IMG/VR virus record: IMGVR_UViG_2811995239_000002
Location: 1-64,000 of that record
DNA from: a virus
Lineage: Duplodnaviria; Caudoviricetes
Direction: 5' to 3' (one strand)
Length of the DNA stretch: 64,000 nt
Shown here: piece by piece, positions 57,924-64,000 of the stretch
Numbering within the stretch: the stretch's first letter is position 1
Layout: every line of letters begins with the position of its first letter
The notes under the pieces: model-generated
What the model saw: only the letters and a program-made list of their open reading frames with translations
Told to the model about the DNA's origin: nothing
Databases searched by the model: none
Translations under genes and position numbers: made by a program

Positions 57924-58577
57924 TTAGAAATCCATTATGACTTGTTTAACCAAACCTACGATTGTGCAATTTTCACCACATTCTATAGCTTTGTAGTTTG
58001 GGTTTAGCGGTACTAGGTATCTATGAGGCCAGTCTTCGACAAATTTTTTCAAAGTTGCTTCATGTCCACCATCGAGATAGGCGACAACTATTTTTCCATT
58101 CAGAGCTTCAATGTCCATGATCTCTGGCTCTACGATGATCACCGAATCCTCTGGTATTGATGGAGCACCTGATGGGTTTGTCATTGAATCTCCACGCACC
58201 CTTAAAGCAAAGGCACCATCAGAAACTAACGCGGTGGTATACACCCATTCCTTTGCATCGTCAGCTCGAATTCCTGGATCGGTTCTTGTCCATGAACCAG
58301 CTTGTACCCATGAAATTAGCGGAACTTCTTTTACATTAAATATTTCAGGTTTCAGGTTGAGCTTAGGCTTTGGATCACCTTTGCCTGATACAAGCCAGAG
58401 TGGGTCGCATTGAAGCGCATTCGCTAATGACTGAAGGTTTGCGCCGTTTGGCTGATAGTCGTCCTTTTCCCATCCCGTAACCGTGACACGATTCACACCA
58501 GCCATCTCAGCTAGTGCCTGTTGCGTCAACTTAAGTTCTTTCCGCCTTTGGCGGATACGGTCGCTCATATTCATCAT
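57924..58577 (-). CDS. cI: CI repressor (P22 c2-like)
   Basis: HTH, PLISWVQAG, GDSM, ATLKK. Confidence 0.95.
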   Translation of the reverse strand: MMNMSDRIRQRRKELKLTQQALAEMAGVNRVTVTGWEKDDYQPNGANLQSLANALQCDPLWLVSGKGDPKPKLNLKPEIFNVKEVPLISWVQAGSWTRTDPGIRADDAKEWVYTTALVSDGAFALRVRGDSMTNPSGAPSIPEDSVIIVEPEIMDIEALNGKIVVAYLDGGHEATLKKFVEDWPHRYLVPLNPNYKAIECGENCTIVGLVKQVIMDF

Positions 58578-58642
58578 GTAGGCAATCCTACCATTTTTAT
58601 TATGTAGGATTCTTGACATTGTTATGTTGGATATCCTACATT
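58577..58642 (+). promoter_or_regulatory. OR operators and pR of prophage B
   Basis: TGTAGG..TCCTAC palindromes; TTGACA(58613)-18bp-TACATT. Confidence 0.75.
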
Positions 58643-58672
58643 AAGTCTAAATTAAACCGTCGGAGAACAAAC

Positions 58673-58870
58673 ATGAGGAAATCCGAAGTTATTAATTATT
58701 TCGGAGGTGTCTGTAAAACCGCATTAGCTCTTGGGATTAAGCATCCGTCAGTATCCGAATGGCCTGAAATAATTCCAGAAGTTAGGGCATATCAGGTTGA
58801 AAAAATCACCAACGGGCGTTTGAAGTTTGACCAGTCGCTTTATCAAAATTCTACTGATTCAGCCGGGTAA
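58673..58870 (+). CDS. cro: Cro
   Basis: VINYFGG..KTA.ALGI...SVSEWPE.IP. Confidence 0.9.
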   Translation: MRKSEVINYFGGVCKTALALGIKHPSVSEWPEIIPEVRAYQVEKITNGRLKFDQSLYQNSTDSAG

Positions 58871-58895
58871 ACGTAACTACCAAAGGAAATTCAAT

Positions 58896-59366
58896 ATGGT
58901 AGAGCAAAGTCTCAAAGAAGTTGTGAAAGCGATGTGCAAGGCATATCCAGGCGGGCGTGAAGCTATGGCTGGTGCTCTTGGTATGACGGTCACTCAGTTC
59001 AATAACAACCTGTATGAGAAAAACGGATGCAGGTTCTTTGAAGTCGCTGAGCTTGAGGCAATGGAAGATATTTCCGGCACAGCCGAACTGGCTGATTACT
59101 TTGCAAAGAGACGCGGCGCATTGCTGGTGGATGTTCCCAAATTCGAAGACCTTGATCGGGTCGAACTATTCAACAAAGCCATGAAAACAGCCGCTATGCG
59201 TGGACATGTGGATCAGGTCATCAATCTCGCTCTGGAAGACGGGGTTATTGATGAAGCTGAAGCGGATGAAATCAGGCACTACCACAGGAAACACCTTGCA
59301 GCCAGAGAGGAAGAAGTGAAATCCATCCTTGCTGTCTTTGGTCGACGAAAGCCAAAGCGAGAGTAA
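58896..59366 (+). CDS. YmfL/CII-like regulator
   Basis: YPGGREAMAGALG, NNLYEKNG. Confidence 0.8.
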   Translation: MVEQSLKEVVKAMCKAYPGGREAMAGALGMTVTQFNNNLYEKNGCRFFEVAELEAMEDISGTAELADYFAKRRGALLVDVPKFEDLDRVELFNKAMKTAAMRGHVDQVINLALEDGVIDEAEADEIRHYHRKHLAAREEEVKSILAVFGRRKPKRE

Positions 59367-59401
59367 CCCCTTACAGGCTCACCACGTAAGCAGGAGGGCC
59401 A

Positions 59402-59680
59402 ATGTATCAGGACGAAAATATCTACGTGACTATGCCCACGGTTTTTTCTCGTGAGGACGCCCCGTGGATTAAACAGCAGCTAGCAACACTCCCGGCAGGC
59501 ATGCGGGAAAAAATCGCGATGGCGTATGCGCAGGCGTACCAGGAGGCGTTTGACGCTGAACCGGTGTCATTCCGGCAGCAGAACGCAGCACGGCGGAATG
59601 CTAACCGCCGATTGCGAGAGTTTTGCACGAGGTATACCCCGGCAGTCAGGGGCTATACGTCGCCCCCACCCAGGGCATGA
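59402..59680 (+). CDS. Phage hypothetical protein
   Basis: GGAGG RBS; NAARRNANRRLR. Confidence 0.7.
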   Translation: MYQDENIYVTMPTVFSREDAPWIKQQLATLPAGMREKIAMAYAQAYQEAFDAEPVSFRQQNAARRNANRRLREFCTRYTPAVRGYTSPPPRA

Positions 59681-59840
59681 ATTTTTGAAACGGGTTTGGG
59701 GGAAAGGGGGCGGTGTTGGGTTTTAGCCCGAAGGGCTGGAACAGCTTTACCAGAAGAGATCGATCTAACAGATAGATCACTGTATGGGGTTAAAACGTCG
59801 CATGGAAATCTGGACGTTTAGCCTTCCAAAAGGAGCCAAA

Positions 59841-60116
59841 ATGATTTATTCAGATGCTAACGAAAAATGGGCCCCGGTGCCGGTTGAGCCTTATTCCAGA
59901 GCTTACGAAGTCAGTAATCTGGGGCGGGTGCGCAGCATTCCACGCCTTGCTAACTCTGAATACTTTATTCGCCACATCCACGGCGGTTTTCTGAAAGGCC
60001 GGACACGAAAAGACGGAACCAAAACCGTTGTGTTGTCTGTTCAGCGTCAGCGCGCGAAGTTTGTGATAGCTGATCTGGTTGCTATGGCATTCGGGGAGGT
60101 GTCCGCCGATGCTTAA
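59841..60116 (+). CDS. NUMOD4-motif protein lacking HNH domain
   Basis: EKW.PV....YEVSNLGRVRS. Confidence 0.75.
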   Translation: MIYSDANEKWAPVPVEPYSRAYEVSNLGRVRSIPRLANSEYFIRHIHGGFLKGRTRKDGTKTVVLSVQRQRAKFVIADLVAMAFGEVSADA

Positions 60117-61638
60117 CATCCAGCCGCGTGAAAAACAGATCGTCGCACTCAACATGCTGCGCAGTGCATGGAAGAAGAATAATTCGTTCATGCTCTACGC
60201 TCCGGTTGGTTTTGGTAAAACGGCTATTGCTGCACTGATCACTGATGGATTTGTCAGTCGTGAAATGCGCGTAATGTTTGTGGCTCCGTACACCGTACTG
60301 CTGGATCAGACCGCATCCCGTTTCATTGAGTACGGTCTTCCTGGTGAAGAGATCAGTTACGTATGGCGCGATCATCCGTCATACAACCCGAACGCACTCA
60401 TTCAGATAGCCAGTGCTGATACGCTCATCCGTCGTGAATTCCCGGATAACATTGACTTACTGATCGTTGATGAAGCGCACCTGAAGCGTAAAAAACTGCT
60501 GGAAGTTATCGACAATCTTACCCGCAACACTTCAACGAAGGTGATTGGCCTGTCCGGTACGCCGTTCGCTAAGTTCCTGGGCAATTACTATCAGCGCCTG
60601 ATCAAGCCTACGACGATGAAGGAACTGATTGCCCTTGGCGCGTTGAGCAAATATGAGTTCTACGCGCCGTCGCATCCTGATCTGTCAGGTGTGGAAACGT
60701 CATATGTCGCGGGCTACGGCAGCGACTACAAAGAAGGCCAGCTCAGTAAGGTTATGAGTGAAGCCAAACTGGTTGGAGATATCGTTAAAAACTGGCTTGA
60801 GAACGGCGAGGACCGCCCGACGATTTGTTTCTGCGTCGATGTTGCCCACGCTAATTACGTCACGATGGAATTTGCCCGCGCCGGGGTAACCGTTGAAGTT
60901 ATGACGGCCAGCACCCCGCATGACGAACGTCAGCTGACGATCCGCCGTTTTGAGCAGGGCATTACCAAAATCATCATTAACGTCGGCGTATTAGTCGCCG
61001 GGTTCGACAGTGATGTTCGCTGCATCATCTTTGCCCGCCCAACCAAAAGTGAAATGCGATGGATTCAGACGCTTGGCCGTGGATTACGCGCGGCCCCTGG
61101 AAAAGATCACTGCCTCATCTTCGATCACAGCGGCACAGTGAACAAGCTGGGTTATCCCGATGATATTGAGTACGACTACCTCCCATCGTCATCTGACGGC
61201 ATGGAAGAAGCCCCGCAGCGCGTCACTAAAACCGATGAGCCGGAGAAACTGCCGAAAGAGTGCAGCCAGTGCCATTACGTGAAACCAGCCGGAATTTATA
61301 TCTGCCCGAAATGCGGTTTTAAACCGCTGGCCGGGGAGGATGTTGAAACAGACAAATCCCGCGGACTGACAAAGGTCAGCAAAGCAGAAGTCAAATACAC
61401 CGCAGAGCAGAAGCAATCCTGGTGGTCACAGATTCTTTTCTATCAGCGCACCCGTGCGGCACAGGGACGCCCTGTCAGTGACGGATGGTGTGCGCATACC
61501 TATCGACAAAAATTCGGTGTGTGGCCGAGAGGGTTACATAACACCCCGCAGCAAATCACACCTGAAGTAACGAATTTCATCAAATCAAAACTGATCGCCT
61601 TTGCGAAAAGGAAAGAGAAACAAGGGGAAGCCGCATGA
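60109..61638 (+). CDS. SF2 DEAH helicase with Zn finger
   Basis: APVGFGKT, DEAH, SGTP, Q..GRGLR. Confidence 0.93.
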   Translation: MLNIQPREKQIVALNMLRSAWKKNNSFMLYAPVGFGKTAIAALITDGFVSREMRVMFVAPYTVLLDQTASRFIEYGLPGEEISYVWRDHPSYNPNALIQIASADTLIRREFPDNIDLLIVDEAHLKRKKLLEVIDNLTRNTSTKVIGLSGTPFAKFLGNYYQRLIKPTTMKELIALGALSKYEFYAPSHPDLSGVETSYVAGYGSDYKEGQLSKVMSEAKLVGDIVKNWLENGEDRPTICFCVDVAHANYVTMEFARAGVTVEVMTASTPHDERQLTIRRFEQGITKIIINVGVLVAGFDSDVRCIIFARPTKSEMRWIQTLGRGLRAAPGKDHCLIFDHSGTVNKLGYPDDIEYDYLPSSSDGMEEAPQRVTKTDEPEKLPKECSQCHYVKPAGIYICPKCGFKPLAGEDVETDKSRGLTKVSKAEVKYTAEQKQSWWSQILFYQRTRAAQGRPVSDGWCAHTYRQKFGVWPRGLHNTPQQITPEVTNFIKSKLIAFAKRKEKQGEAA

Positions 61639-62606
61639 ATACCAAACAAGCCGCAATTGGTCGCTGGGCTGAAATTTTTGAGCATTACGGCCTGCCTGGC
61701 ATCACCGGGAAGAACCATTTCAAAGGGGAATGTCCGTTATGCGGACGCAAGGGGAAATACCGCTGCGACAACAAGAACGGCACCGGCTCATATATTTGCG
61801 TATGTGGTTCTGGAGATGGCTGGTCCCTGCTGTCTGGTTTTACTGGCAAAGAGTTTAAGGTACTGGCCGCTGAAGTGGATCAGATCATCGGCAACGAGTA
61901 CACCGCTGACCGTACAAGAGTAAACCCTGTACGCACAACGCTGGCGCAACAGCGTGATCGGGTCAGCCGCAAGTTTGCAAAGCTCACTCCGCTGCGCGGC
62001 ACCAGCGCAGACAGTTACCTGAAGGGAAGGGGAATTAACTCCCTGCCTTCTGAGAGCGTCAAATACTGTGACAAACAGCCAGTAGACGGTAAAAACCTCC
62101 AGGCGATATATGCGCTGGCTACAGATGACCGTGGAGAACTGTGTTACCTGCACCGCACTCTGCTTGATGGTGACAAGAAGGCCCATACAGGTGGCGCATC
62201 CAAGAAGATGATGAAATTGCAGGAAGACAGCTATTTAGAGTTTGCTAAATCTGTAGCCATCCGAATGTTCCCGACTGCTTCAACGCTGGGCATCGCTGAA
62301 GGTATCGAAACAGCTTTGGCCTGCCATCAGATCACCAAATGTCATACCTGGGCAACGATGAACACGGCCTTCATGAAAAAGTTCCGTGTTCCTGCCGGGG
62401 TAAAGAACCTGATTATTTTCGCTGATGCGGATTCTAACGCTGCCGGGCACGCTGCCGCATTTGAATGTGCCGCCGCAAACCTGCATGCGAAGAACGATCT
62501 GGAGACTGTATCTGTACGCTGGCCTGCCCAGGGTGACTTCAACGATCTGCTTCTCAATGGCTCTGAGGTATTCGAATGGGTATTCCACAAGGGGACGAAG
62601 CAGTGA
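61635..62606 (+). CDS. Primase (Zn-binding plus TOPRIM)
   Basis: CPLCG, AEGIETA, FADAD, DFND. Confidence 0.9.
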   Translation: MNTKQAAIGRWAEIFEHYGLPGITGKNHFKGECPLCGRKGKYRCDNKNGTGSYICVCGSGDGWSLLSGFTGKEFKVLAAEVDQIIGNEYTADRTRVNPVRTTLAQQRDRVSRKFAKLTPLRGTSADSYLKGRGINSLPSESVKYCDKQPVDGKNLQAIYALATDDRGELCYLHRTLLDGDKKAHTGGASKKMMKLQEDSYLEFAKSVAIRMFPTASTLGIAEGIETALACHQITKCHTWATMNTAFMKKFRVPAGVKNLIIFADADSNAAGHAAAFECAAANLHAKNDLETVSVRWPAQGDFNDLLLNGSEVFEWVFHKGTKQ

Positions 62607-63220
62607 AGAAACCAGCCAGGCAAAAAGTGAAGGTATACAAGCCGAAGAAATGCGCCCAGTGCGGTGAGACCTTCACACCGGATCGTAACCTTCAGAAGGT
62701 ATGTGGTCCACGCTGTGCGATTGACTATAACCGCGCGCTGAAGGCTAAAAAGGCTGAAACAGAGAGAAAGGTCAGCCTTAAGATTCGCAAGAAGGCGCTC
62801 CAGCCCCGTGGATATTTTCTCAGTAAAGCTCAGTCTGCGTTCAACGCTTTTATCCGTGAGCGAGACGAGGGCAAACCGTGCCCGTCATGCGGCACCTGCC
62901 ATCCCCCGATGATTTTCGGCGGCCAGTGGGATTGCGGGCATTTCCTGAGTGTTGGATCGCGTCCTGAACTCAGGTTTGAAGAAAAGAACGCCTATCGCCA
63001 GTGCAAGGCCTGCAATGGTGGTGCTGGTCGGTTTACCGCTAAAAACAAAACGGTACACGAACGCTACAGAACGACGCTCATCGAGTGGTTTGGGCTTGCG
63101 CTGGTGGAATGGCTGGAAGGCCCACACGAAGCAAAGCATTACTCAAAAGAAGACCTGGAAGAAATTGCGGCTAAATACCGCCGTAAAACCCGCGAACTGA
63201 AAAAGCAGAGGGCAGCATGA
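62603..63220 (+). CDS. ninG: NinG/Rap endonuclease
   Basis: FNAFIRERD, CPSCG, DCGHF.SVGS.PELRF. Confidence 0.9.
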   Translation: MKKPARQKVKVYKPKKCAQCGETFTPDRNLQKVCGPRCAIDYNRALKAKKAETERKVSLKIRKKALQPRGYFLSKAQSAFNAFIRERDEGKPCPSCGTCHPPMIFGGQWDCGHFLSVGSRPELRFEEKNAYRQCKACNGGAGRFTAKNKTVHERYRTTLIEWFGLALVEWLEGPHEAKHYSKEDLEEIAAKYRRKTRELKKQRAA

Positions 63221-63459
63221 CAAGACAATACGTTAAAAAAATCACCTATCCATGCCTGACAGCGGCAATTTTTCAGGATGTCATTTACGTCATGCGTCCT
63301 GCCAGCGCATCTGAATTACTTGCAGAAGCAGATAAGGCTAGTGAGTTCTATTTGAATTATTTCCCATTCGCGACGCTGGAGGATATCAGGGAAGACATTC
63401 TGTATAGCTTCGGTGGACTCTACCTGAACGATTTCCAGCTTATCAGGGAGGCTGCATGA
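63217..63459 (+). CDS. Hypothetical protein
   Basis: ATGA-coupled. Confidence 0.6.
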   Translation: MTRQYVKKITYPCLTAAIFQDVIYVMRPASASELLAEADKASEFYLNYFPFATLEDIREDILYSFGGLYLNDFQLIREAA

Positions 63460-63614
63460 TTACTGCGCTAATTATCATTTATTCGTTCATGGCTGGGATG
63501 ACTGCCGAATATACGCACACTAGGTTAGAAAAAATATCATCACCAAGAAACTTCTATCTCACGGCCTTCATCTGCGGGGTGTGCTGGCCTTATGTAATCT
63601 GGAGAGCCAAATAA
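63456..63614 (+). CDS. 52-aa hydrophobic protein
   Basis: Read manually; coupled both sides. Confidence 0.5.
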   Translation: MITALIIIYSFMAGMTAEYTHTRLEKISSPRNFYLTAFICGVCWPYVIWRAK

Positions 63615-64000
63615 TGTATGACCTTATTTATTGCGATCCGCCGTGGGAATACGGCAACAGAATCAGCAACGGCGCCGCCTGTAACCATTACAGCACAATG
63701 AGCATGGAGGAGCTTAAACGCCTCCCGATATGGGAACTGGCTGCTGAAAACGCTGTACTGGCGATGTGGTACACCGGGACACACAACCGGGAGGCTGTGG
63801 AACTGGCTGAATCCTGGGGATTCCGGGTCAGAACGATGAAAGGGTTTACGTGGGTAAAACTGAACCAGAATGCCGCCGTTCGCTTCAATAAGGCATTAAG
63901 CACTGGAGAGCTGGTGGACTTCAATGATCTGCTGGAAATGCTGGACCGTGAAACCCGCATGAACGGCGGTAACCATACCCGCAGCAACACTGAAGATGTT
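63614..64000 (+). CDS. MT-A70 family adenine methyltransferase (truncated by window)
   Basis: MYDLIYCDPPW..., HYSTM, WGF...FTWVK read manually. Confidence 0.88.
   Translation, partial: MYDLIYCDPPWEYGNRISNGAACNHYSTMSMEELKRLPIWELAAENAVLAMWYTGTHNREAVELAESWGFRVRTMKGFTWVKLNQNAAVRFNKALSTGELVDFNDLLEMLDRETRMNGGNHTRSNTEDV

Larger units (their letters stand above)
46873..64000. mobile_element. Prophage B (partial), adjoining the 5' side of the tRNA
   Basis: int/xis, early-left operon, cI/cro, helicase/primase, NinG; continues past window. Confidence 0.9.

Noticed and set aside
59680-59840. Possible replication origin of prophage B
   Set aside because: G-rich and short palindromic features are present but no clear iterons, so it cannot be supported from sequence alone.

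Overview
The whole window is prophage DNA from an enterobacterial host. Prophage A (~1-46.7 kb) is a near-complete lambdoid siphophage. It carries an AlpA-like excisionase, HNH-AP2 endonuclease, Dcm-Dam fusion methylase, ERF, KilR, cI/cro/cII-like immunity region, O/DnaC replication genes, Dam, a PAPS-reductase-family gene, a holE/hot homolog, the nin region, Q, tRNA-Arg(UCU), a lysis cassette, head/tail genes, an SGNH tailspike, an O-acetyltransferase moron and an integrase. It abuts the 3' end of an argW-type tRNA-Arg(CCU) gene (46798-46872, minus strand). Prophage B starts directly on the 5' side of that tRNA and runs off the window. It carries int/xis, an early-left operon (ParB-like, YfdP/YfdQ, a 27-bp repeat protein), cI/cro, helicase-primase, NinG and an MT-A70 methylase. 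The most unusual signals are non-coding. One is a stand-alone tRNA-like gene with a serine-type long-variable-arm body, an Ile (GAU) anticodon, a broken acceptor end and no CCA (16644-16734). The other is a string of RNA elements in prophage B's pL operon: an HK022 put-like antiterminator, an RprA-like 3'-UTR sRNA, a terminator hairpin containing a Met-Phe minigene, and a tRNA-like minihelix. Protein and RNA family calls are from motif recognition and memory, not database searches.
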